Shown piece after piece: positions 1-6,827 of a stretch of 12,739 nt of DNA. Where the stretch lies: contig JBGSNL010000082.1 in assembly GCA_041739675.1 (NCBI GenBank), positions 1-12,739 of the forward strand. Direction: 5' to 3'. The notes beneath the pieces were generated by a model, which was given only the letters and a program-made list of their open reading frames with translations, did no database searches and had not been told where the DNA came from. A program made the position numbers and the translations under genes. The number at the start of each line of letters is the position of its first letter. Position 1 is the stretch's first letter. Origin of the DNA: a bacterium (GTDB lineage: Bacteria; UBA10199; 2-02-FULL-44-16; DYJF01).

Positions 1-2
1 AA

Positions 3-503
3 CTGGGCCTTGGAAGCGCTATCAACGCTGGCTTTGTCTATGCGATGGAGAAGGGGTACGATCTCGTCGTCAACATGGACTGCGATTTTTCGCACGATCC
101 GGGCGAGCTTCCTTTGGTCATCGGCGCTGCAGCAAATGCCGATCTGGTCATTGCCTCAAGGCACGTTCCGGGCGGCAAAATAAGAGGGTGGAACGGCAAG
201 AGAAGAATGATCCACTGGCTGGCGCAGAAATACACCTCCGTCGTTCTTGGCAGTTATGTCACCGATCACACGAACAGTTACAAGGCCTATCGCGTGGAGA
301 TGCTCAAAAAGCTTCCTCTCGATAAATTGCTGGAAGCGGGATCGGGATATGTCTGGCACACTTTGCTGATCCACAAAATTCATCGCATGGGATTCAAAAT
401 TGCCGAAGTGCCTTCGGTGTTCACGGACAGACGCGCCGGCAAGTCGAAGATATCCGCCGGTGAGATGATCGGCGGCCTTGTTGCAATACTGAAAGTGCGG
501 TGA
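3..503 (+). CDS. GT2 family polyprenol monophosphomannose synthase-like glycosyltransferase (Ppm1/DPM1-like), 5'-truncated by the window edge
   Basis: The frame is open from base 3 (LGLGSAINAGFVYAMEKGYD...), so the ATG at 45 is internal. It carries DPM1/Ppm1-type motifs: LGLGxA, MDCDFSHDP (DxD-SH), ASR..PGG..GW, D.TNSYKAYR and EVPSVFTDRRAGKSK. Confidence 0.88.
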   Translation: MGLGSAINAGFVYAMEKGYDLVVNMDCDFSHDPGELPLVIGAAANADLVIASRHVPGGKIRGWNGKRRMIHWLAQKYTSVVLGSYVTDHTNSYKAYRVEMLKKLPLDKLLEAGSGYVWHTLLIHKIHRMGFKIAEVPSVFTDRRAGKSKISAGEMIGGLVAILKVR

Positions 504-519
504 CGCTTTGCCTGACGTT

Positions 520-1878
520 ATGTCATGGAGAAAATACATATATTTGATGGGCGCCTGCCTCCTGGGCTTGGCGCTTTTTTCTTTTTTCAGGCTCTGGTAC
601 ATGGGCACGCCCAATCTGGACGGCCTTCCGCTGGATATGCGCTGGGAGATTTTAAAGCGCGCGGTCTTTTTTCCTCTCATGGGAGGCTTGGGTTATTCCT
701 ACTGGAAACTCCTTGAGGCCGATGTTGGCGAAGGGGAGCTGAACCGCCTTTTTATCTATTCGCTGATCCTTCAGGTGATCGCTGCTTTCACATTGCCTCT
801 CACTTCGAATGATATCTTTTCCAATCTGGCGTACGGGGAGATGTCGCATTTGGGACTCAACTCCCACGTTTTGGGGGTCGCAGCACTTCCGCCGGACAGT
901 CCCTTCAGACAGATGGTGACAGCAAGGTGGATGGACATGCCCATGGTGTACGGGCCTGTTATCGGCTGGCTCAATCATCTGGTCGTTCGGCCGGATTCTT
1001 TCTGGCAATCGATTATTCTCTATAAATTTCACGCCCTGATTTTGTCGGCGGCCATCACGGCTCTCTTTTATTTCTACTGCCGCACAAGTCTTTCGGGCGG
1101 AGAGCGATGCAACACATTCATTTTGACGGCATTGAATCCGGTTTTTATCTGGGAACTGGCTTCACAGGCTCATAACGATTCGGTGATGATCATAGGTCTC
1201 GCGGCTTTTGTTATCTTTATCGCGAAGGGCATGAATTGGGCGGCGCTTGTCTGCCTTCTCTTTGCGTTCGTGGCGAAACTTGCCGTCCTGCCTGTGTTGG
1301 GGCTTTTTCTCTGTTACACATTTTTCAATTCGAAGCGCCGTTTTGTTTTCTTCTGCCTCGTTCTGGGTGCCGGCATTGTACTTTCCGCGCATTTGTTCTC
1401 GGATAAGCTTTCGATGATTCTGGTTGCGCCGTCTTCGCGCGGGATAGATGCTGCAAGGCTCACCAATTCTCCGCTCTTCCTTATATATAAGTACCTGGCG
1501 CCGTACGGCGCCGTCGTCCAGACGGCGGCCTACAAAATTTATTGGATCTCCTCAATGTTGCTGATGGCTTTTTTGGGCCTTCGCTTTGCGTGGAGGAGCC
1601 GCACAATCGAAGATCTCTTTCTTCACTCCTTCTTGTTCATTTTGCTTTTCAACTTCATTGTAACCCCTTCGTATCAGCCCTGGTATCTCACGTGGCTTAT
1701 CCCGTTCATCATGGTCCTGAAAGACCCAAGGCTCCGCTCCTTTTTTGTGATCTATTCGTTTGTTTCTCTTTTGATAGGGATCATTTCGAACAGCACGATC
1801 GACTCGGTCGTCAACATTTGCACACTGGGCGTTTTCTGGCAGATGTATTTAAGAAAACGGGCGCGGGAAAACTTCTAG
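520..1878 (+). CDS. Polytopic GT-C membrane glycosyltransferase, MptA/MptB / GT87 (DUF2029)-like polyprenol-phosphate-sugar-dependent transferase
   Basis: About 450 aa with roughly 10-12 hydrophobic segments. Motifs SNDIFSNLAYG, W..MPMVYGP, LNP....LASQAHND, AK and QPWYLTW resemble MptA/B-type GT-C enzymes. It lies directly downstream of the GT2 gene. ATG at 520 is preferred; TTG at 508 is an alternative. Confidence 0.72.
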   Translation: MSWRKYIYLMGACLLGLALFSFFRLWYMGTPNLDGLPLDMRWEILKRAVFFPLMGGLGYSYWKLLEADVGEGELNRLFIYSLILQVIAAFTLPLTSNDIFSNLAYGEMSHLGLNSHVLGVAALPPDSPFRQMVTARWMDMPMVYGPVIGWLNHLVVRPDSFWQSIILYKFHALILSAAITALFYFYCRTSLSGGERCNTFILTALNPVFIWELASQAHNDSVMIIGLAAFVIFIAKGMNWAALVCLLFAFVAKLAVLPVLGLFLCYTFFNSKRRFVFFCLVLGAGIVLSAHLFSDKLSMILVAPSSRGIDAARLTNSPLFLIYKYLAPYGAVVQTAAYKIYWISSMLLMAFLGLRFAWRSRTIEDLFLHSFLFILLFNFIVTPSYQPWYLTWLIPFIMVLKDPRLRSFFVIYSFVSLLIGIISNSTIDSVVNICTLGVFWQMYLRKRARENF

Positions 1879-2612
1879 CTCTTTGCCTTCGTTTTCTTGT
1901 TTTTGGCGTGGGCTTTCTGGGCCTCGCATAGCCTCAGATACATCTTGGCATATTCGTTGGCCGGCTCCTTCGAGATTACCGTTTTCCATTCCTTTTTTGC
2001 GTCCGCTATTTTCCCCATCGAATAGAGTGTGACCCCAAGCTGCACGCGCGCCGGCGCATAAGCGGAATTCTTGCCGACGACCTCTTTGAGCTCTTTCAGC
2101 GAATGGGTGAGCTGGCCGTTCTCTCGGTAAGCCTGTCCGAGTCTCGTTTTGATGTCGAGATACCCGGGGTTCAGCTCAAGGGCCTTTCTGTACTCGTCTA
2201 TGGAGTGCGGATAAAGTCCGATGGAGCGATAAATATCGCCGATGTCCGCATGCAGGTTCGACAGCTTGCCGCGGAGCACCGGCTCGATCTGCTTGTGCGG
2301 TTCCTTGTGATGCGTCTTGAGCTGGCTGTAGAGTTTTTTTGCTTCCGGATACTGGCCCAGGTCGTTTAAAAGAACGGCGAGATTCAAAAGCGCTTCTGTG
2401 TAACGCGGATTGATTTTCAGCGCCCTGCGGAAGAGCTCGATTGCGGAGGTGAACTTCCCTTCGATGTGATGAATGACCCCAAGCATGTTCATGACGTCGG
2501 CGTAGCGATCGTTTAAAGAGAGCACCCGTTTGAAATAGAGTTCCGCTTTTTGATATTGCTTGTTGTCAAAACACTGTTTGCCGACCGCCACTAGTTGCTT
2601 GATAGTATCCAT
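1875..2612 (-). CDS. Tetratricopeptide repeat (TPR) protein, no signal peptide
   Basis: Repeated TPR consensus (ADVMNMLGVIHHIEGKFTSAIELFRRALKINP; TEALLNLAVLLNDLGQYPEA; HADIGDIYRSIGLYPHSIDEYRKALELNP; ARVQLGVTLYSMGKIADAKKEWKTV). A GGAGG-like RBS (GGGAGGG) lies upstream. Confidence 0.9.
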   Translation of the reverse strand: MDTIKQLVAVGKQCFDNKQYQKAELYFKRVLSLNDRYADVMNMLGVIHHIEGKFTSAIELFRRALKINPRYTEALLNLAVLLNDLGQYPEAKKLYSQLKTHHKEPHKQIEPVLRGKLSNLHADIGDIYRSIGLYPHSIDEYRKALELNPGYLDIKTRLGQAYRENGQLTHSLKELKEVVGKNSAYAPARVQLGVTLYSMGKIADAKKEWKTVISKEPANEYAKMYLRLCEAQKAHAKNKKTKAKS

Positions 2613-2645
2613 TTGTCCCTCCCTAACCCCGACCTTGACCTGCTT

Positions 2646-3395
2646 TTACTTCGTCGCCGCACGCATCTTGTCTTCGGCCTTCTTTGCCCACTTGCTCGTC
2701 GGATACTCGACCGACAGCTTTGAAAAAGCTTCCTTCGCGTCATATAGATGGCCGAGCTTCAAATTCGCCAGCGTCATCATATATAAGGCGCGGTCGGCAA
2801 GCCCGCTCTTTGGGAACACCTGAGCGACCGTTGCGAAGCGCCCGAGACAGGCGATGTACTCGCCCGTCTTGTAATAGAAGCGTCCGACGTAGTAATTGCG
2901 CCGAGCCACGCGGTTCAGCGCTTCGTCAAGAGTCTTCATGGCAAGGTCGAAATACGGGCTGTTGGGATAACGCCTCACCATTAATGCCAGCTCGTCTATG
3001 CCTTTTTCAAGATACTCCTGGTCACGGTCTATCGCCTTGGGACTCTCCTTGTAATATGAGAGGCCCGCCCTGAAGTGTGCGTAATCGTTCCGGGGGCTGC
3101 TGGGATAGAGTTTTGTGAATGCGAGGTACGATTCCGCCGCGAGAAGGTAGTCTTTCTTGTTGAAATATGTGTCGCCGATCGCCAACTCCGCCTCTTGGGC
3201 AATTTCCGTGTTCGGGAACCTCGCTTTGAACATCTCAAGGCACTGGATCGCCTGCTCGAAATCCTTTTCGTCGATGAGCTTAGAGCACTTCTTGATTTCG
3301 ATGTCGGGTTTATCGCGGCCGATGGTGACGTTGTCTTTTCCGCATGCGCACACGAGAGCGGCCAAAATGACCAGAAGGGTTATTTGTTTCATCAT
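2646..3395 (-). CDS. bamD: Outer membrane protein assembly factor BamD (YfiO/ComL family lipoprotein)
   Basis: Lipoprotein signal MMKQITLLVILAALVCAC. BamD-type TPR motifs: FKARFPNTEIAQEAELAIGDTYF, FTKLYPSSPRNDYAHFRAGLSYY, DRDQ, RRYPNSPY, YYVGRFYYK and FP.SGLADRALY. The true start is ATG 3395 or 3392, not the ORF-track start at 3434, which falls in the promoter. Confidence 0.9.
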   Translation of the reverse strand: MMKQITLLVILAALVCACGKDNVTIGRDKPDIEIKKCSKLIDEKDFEQAIQCLEMFKARFPNTEIAQEAELAIGDTYFNKKDYLLAAESYLAFTKLYPSSPRNDYAHFRAGLSYYKESPKAIDRDQEYLEKGIDELALMVRRYPNSPYFDLAMKTLDEALNRVARRNYYVGRFYYKTGEYIACLGRFATVAQVFPKSGLADRALYMMTLANLKLGHLYDAKEAFSKLSVEYPTSKWAKKAEDKMRAATK

Positions 3396-3405
3396 AAGGC
3401 TAAAA

Positions 3406-3434
3406 ATACTAGCAGTTTGCCCGACCCTTGACAA
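3406..3434 (-). promoter_or_regulatory. Putative sigma70 promoter for bamD-TPR
   Basis: The minus strand reads TTGTCA (3434-3429), 17 nt, TAGTAT (3411-3406), with an extended -10 TG motif (TGC TAGTAT). Confidence 0.55.
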
Positions 3435-3457
3435 GCATCGATGCTAAATAATACCAT
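3428..3457 (+). promoter_or_regulatory. Putative sigma70 promoter for DUF1844-degP/Q
   Basis: Consensus TTGACA (3428-3433), 18 nt, TACCAT (3452-3457). The spacer contains the 12-bp palindrome AGCATCGATGCT. Confidence 0.5.
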
Positions 3458-3485
3458 CCGCCCCCGGATTAAAAAGGGGTAAAAT

Positions 3486-3746
3486 ATGGCCGAAGAAAAA
3501 GGCACAATCGATTTCACTACCTTCGTTCTCTCGCTTGTCTCCTCAGCGCAGGTTCATCTGGGATTGATACCCAATCCCGTGACACAGAAGTCAGAGAGTA
3601 ATCTCGAGGCCGCGCGGCAGACAATCGATATCATCGCGGTCCTTAAAGATAAGACGAAAGGCAACCTTACAAACGACGAGGGGCGCCTGTTGGAATACGT
3701 TTTATACGATCTGAGGATGAAATTTGTCGAGTTGAGCAAAAAGTGA
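3486..3746 (+). CDS. DUF1844 family small protein
   Basis: 86 aa with the pattern F.TFVLSL.SSA.VHLG.IPNP......NLEAARQTIDII.VL.DKTKGNLT.DE.RLLE.VLYDLRMKFV, typical of DUF1844. RBS AAGGGG upstream. Confidence 0.88.
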   Translation: MAEEKGTIDFTTFVLSLVSSAQVHLGLIPNPVTQKSESNLEAARQTIDIIAVLKDKTKGNLTNDEGRLLEYVLYDLRMKFVELSKK

Positions 3747-3756
3747 GGAGGAACCT

Positions 3757-5256
3757 ATGTTAAGAAAACGTTTTTCGCTGTGGACCCTGGTAGCCGTTTC
3801 ATTCATCAGCGCAGCCGCCGTCGTTGCGCTCATCGCCAAGTTCGGCGATGTGAAATCAGGGAAGGCATCGGATCAGATATATCATAGCGCGCCTGACGAG
3901 GGGCAGCTGCGGCCAGCCTCGTGGTTTGAGACAAAACCTTCATCGTTTGCGGATCTTGCCGAAAAGGTCCAGCCGGCGGTTGTCAACATCAACACGAGCA
4001 AAGTGATAAAGAGGCAGGACGCGATGCCCTTTCCGCAGTTCGGCCCGCGCGATCAGTTCGACGAATTTTTTGAAAAGTTTTTTGAAGGAATGCCGAAAGA
4101 GCAGACACAGAGAGCTCTAGGTTCCGGCTTCATTATAAATAAGGAAGGCGATATACTCACCAACTACCACGTGGTCTCGAAGGCCGACGATATTGAAGTA
4201 AAGCTTTCCGACGGGAGGAAGTTCAAGGCTAAGGTTGTGGGCAAAGACGAGAAAACCGATATCGCGCTTTTGAAGATAAGCAAGGCGGGCGATCTGCCGT
4301 ATGTGACGCTGGGCGATTCCAATGCGATGCGTCCCGGCGATTGGGTGATGGCGATAGGGAACCCGTTCGGTCTTGAACACACCGTCACAGTGGGCGTTGT
4401 CTCCGCGCTCGGGCGCGTTTTGGGCGGAGGCACTTATGCAAAATACATCCAGACCGACGCATCGATCAATCCGGGCAACAGCGGCGGGCCGCTTTTCAAT
4501 CTCAAAGGTGAGGTTGTCGGCATCAACACGATGATCTATGCGGCGGGCCAGGGAATCGGATTTGCGATTCCCATAAGCCTTGCAAAAGATGAGCTGCCGC
4601 AGCTTTCGACAAAGGGTTCGGTGACGCGCGGATGGCTGGGGGTTGCGATCCAGAATATCACGCCGGAGCTTGCGAAGTCGTTCAATCTCACTGAGGAGAA
4701 GGGTGCCCTGATAGCAGAAGTTTATCCCGATTCGCCGGCGGCAAAGGCGGGAATCGTTCGCGGGGACGTTGTTTACGAACTGAACGGTAAAAAGATCGAC
4801 GATCCTGCGAGTCTGGCAATGGCCGTGGGCGCGGTTCAGCCGGGAACCGAGGCTGAGGTGAAAATTTTGCGCGGCGGCAAGGAGATGACTTTGAAGGTCA
4901 AGCTGGGCAAGCAGGAAGGCGAAAAAACAGAGCAGGCTGCCGGCGAAACGAAAGAGGGTGTTCCTTCAAAGGTCGATGTCGTGGGATTGGTCGTGCGCCC
5001 GCTCAGCCCGGAGGATGCGGCGAAACTCGATATTCCTGCCGGATACAGGGGCGTCATAGTTTCTCGTGTGGAACCGGGCTCCTCCGCGGAGGGGGCCGAT
5101 ATTCATTCCGGAGACATAATACTTGAAGTGAACAACGCGAAGGTCGCGTCGATTGACGAATACTTCGGCGCCACGAAGAGCGTGAAAAAGGGCGATATCA
5201 TCCGCCTGCTCGTAAAGCGTGGCCGCGCGAGCATATACGTGGCCTTCCGGGCCTAA
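3757..5256 (+). CDS. degP: DegP/DegQ (HtrA, Do-family) periplasmic serine endoprotease with two PDZ domains
   Basis: N-terminal hydrophobic signal/anchor; SFADLAEKVQPAVVNI; GSGFII; catalytic triad motifs TNYHVV (H), TDIALL (D) and INPGNSGGPL (S); PDZ1 starting RGWLGV and a second PDZ. Strong RBS GAGGAGG. degP versus degQ cannot be resolved by eye. Confidence 0.93.
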   Translation: MLRKRFSLWTLVAVSFISAAAVVALIAKFGDVKSGKASDQIYHSAPDEGQLRPASWFETKPSSFADLAEKVQPAVVNINTSKVIKRQDAMPFPQFGPRDQFDEFFEKFFEGMPKEQTQRALGSGFIINKEGDILTNYHVVSKADDIEVKLSDGRKFKAKVVGKDEKTDIALLKISKAGDLPYVTLGDSNAMRPGDWVMAIGNPFGLEHTVTVGVVSALGRVLGGGTYAKYIQTDASINPGNSGGPLFNLKGEVVGINTMIYAAGQGIGFAIPISLAKDELPQLSTKGSVTRGWLGVAIQNITPELAKSFNLTEEKGALIAEVYPDSPAAKAGIVRGDVVYELNGKKIDDPASLAMAVGAVQPGTEAEVKILRGGKEMTLKVKLGKQEGEKTEQAAGETKEGVPSKVDVVGLVVRPLSPEDAAKLDIPAGYRGVIVSRVEPGSSAEGADIHSGDIILEVNNAKVASIDEYFGATKSVKKGDIIRLLVKRGRASIYVAFRA

Positions 5257-5822
5257 AGACGTTTTTTGAGGGCTTCCGTCGACAGGTTGAAAACATCCTC
5301 GTGCAGGCTTTTGCCGTGGCTGTCTATCGTCACCACGACCGGGAAGTCTTTCACTTCGAATTCCCAAATAGCTTCAGGTGATCCGAATTCTTCCATCATA
5401 TATACGTTGGGGACGGCTGTGATCTTCTCCGCGAGCACCTGTGCCGCTCCGCCGACGGCGTGAAAATAGCAGCAGCCGAAGGCCTTACAGGCCTCAAGTG
5501 TCTTCTTGCCCATACCCCCCTTGCCGATGACGCCCTTGAGTTTCAGGTCCTGGATCAGCTTCCACTGATAGGGTTCCTCGCGAAAAGAGGTTGTGGGCCC
5601 AGCTGCCTTCACTACCCATTTTCCGTCTTCTTTTATTACGACCGGGCCGCAGTGATAGACGATCTGATTTTCAAGAGAGACCGGGAGCTTGCCGCCGTCG
5701 AAGACGTACTTGTGGACCGCGTCACGCGCTGTGAAAAGTTTTCCGGTGATCTCCACCATGTCGCCGACGTGGAACTCGCGAACCTTTGATTCCGTATATG
5801 GAGTTTCAAGTTTCAGTGTCAT
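5253..5822 (-). CDS. Class I Fe-S fumarate hydratase / tartrate dehydratase-type beta subunit (FumA C-terminal/TtdB family)
   Basis: Motifs VGD.V.ITGK.FTARDAVHK, YHCGPV, AAGPTTSFREE, IGKGGMG, PEAIW.FEV.DFP.VVTIDSHG.SLH. Confidence 0.92.
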   Translation of the reverse strand: MTLKLETPYTESKVREFHVGDMVEITGKLFTARDAVHKYVFDGGKLPVSLENQIVYHCGPVVIKEDGKWVVKAAGPTTSFREEPYQWKLIQDLKLKGVIGKGGMGKKTLEACKAFGCCYFHAVGGAAQVLAEKITAVPNVYMMEEFGSPEAIWEFEVKDFPVVVTIDSHGKSLHEDVFNLSTEALKKRL

Positions 5823-5823
5823 A

Positions 5824-6711
5824 TCAATATAGCCACTTCGATATTTTTCCTTCTTTATCCATCATGATTCCCTGCCTTCGATACGCCCAGCACATATAGG
5901 TTATCGAGACGAAATACGACGCGGGAAGTCTGTTCAACACTCCGATCTTGCAGCCCAGAAGCGTTGTGATTCCCCCGAATCCCATCGGCCCGATTCCCAG
6001 CTCATTCGCGATGCGGACGACGTCCGATTCAAGTTTTGCAAGTTTGGGGTCGGGATTCGTATCGTCCAGCGTACGCAAAAGTTGTTCTTTGGAGTTGTCG
6101 AAACCCGTTGTGCGGTCGCCGCCGACGCACACCCCCAGAATTCCCGGCGCACAGCCGCGGCCCTGTGCCTGAATCACGCAATCGAGGATCACGCGCTTCA
6201 CGCCTTCAAGGTTGCGGTCCGCCTCAAGAGCGCGGTTGGGGAGCGAATACTGGGTTCCCACGTTCTCGCAGCCGCCTCCCTTGAGGATAAGGCGGACGTC
6301 GATCTCGTTTTTTTCGTAGACGTCGTGCTGTTCGAAATGAAAAGCAGGAAAGCCCGGGCCAAGATTGTTTCCCGTATTCTTGCCCGTGATCGGATCGACT
6401 GAATTCTGCCTCAAATATCCCTTCGCCGTCGCTTCGGCCACCGCATCACGCGCTTGCTCCGAGAACGCGTGTTGGTCGAACCCAATTGGCACGCGCACAA
6501 AAAAATGAATGGTGCCCGTATCCTGACACAGCGGCTGGCTCTTCTCTTTGGCGAGGACGATGTTTTCGGCCAGAATGTCCATTGCATAGCGCGCCTGGGA
6601 GCCCTTGGCCTCAAGTTGGCGCTGAGCCTCGACGGCACGGACGATATCCGCGGGGAGCTCGGCTGAAGTGCGCCTGATAAGTTCCAGAAGTGAAGCCGCG
6701 ATCTGTTTCAT
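5824..6711 (-). CDS. Class I Fe-S fumarate hydratase alpha subunit (FumA N-terminal/TtdA family)
   Basis: Motifs PLCQDTG, GYLRQNSVDP, KGGGCEN, GRGCAPG, GIGPMGFGG.TT and MCWAYRR, including the likely [4Fe-4S] Cys ligands. Confidence 0.92.
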   Translation of the reverse strand: MKQIAASLLELIRRTSAELPADIVRAVEAQRQLEAKGSQARYAMDILAENIVLAKEKSQPLCQDTGTIHFFVRVPIGFDQHAFSEQARDAVAEATAKGYLRQNSVDPITGKNTGNNLGPGFPAFHFEQHDVYEKNEIDVRLILKGGGCENVGTQYSLPNRALEADRNLEGVKRVILDCVIQAQGRGCAPGILGVCVGGDRTTGFDNSKEQLLRTLDDTNPDPKLAKLESDVVRIANELGIGPMGFGGITTLLGCKIGVLNRLPASYFVSITYMCWAYRRQGIMMDKEGKISKWLY

Positions 6712-6774
6712 GGCGACGAGTTTTAGGTAAAATTCCCTTTCTGGTCAATGATATAAATATTTTTTGCCTCACCG

Positions 6775-6803
6775 CTTGATAAACACAATAATATGCACCA
6801 TAT
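6775..6803 (+). promoter_or_regulatory. Putative sigma32 (RpoH)-type heat-shock promoter of clpB
   Basis: CTTGAT (6775-6780), 15 nt, CACCATAT (6796-6803), compared with the RpoH consensus CTTGAA-N13-17-CCCCATNT. It sits upstream of a canonical heat-shock gene. Confidence 0.55.
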
Positions 6804-6827
6804 TCTCCTATATAGAAGGAGAGACCT

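Noticed and set aside
3396..3434. ORF-track N-terminal extension of BamD (MSRVGQTASIFSL)
   Set aside because: It begins at a TTG inside the predicted -35 box. The lipoprotein signal peptide fits a start at 3395 or 3392.
3409..3447. CIRCE-like half sites TAGCA...TGCTA
   Set aside because: The half sites are 27 nt apart rather than the 15 nt expected from TTAGCACTC-N9-GAGTGCTAA, and the inner bases do not match.
3456..3469. Small hairpin ATCCG-CCCC-CGGAT before DUF1844
   Set aside because: Only a 5-bp stem that straddles the predicted TSS. It is too weak to call a terminator or regulatory RNA.
6776..6789. FNR-like or HAIR-like site starting TTGAT upstream of clpB
   Set aside because: Only one half-site matches. 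It is better explained as the -35 element.
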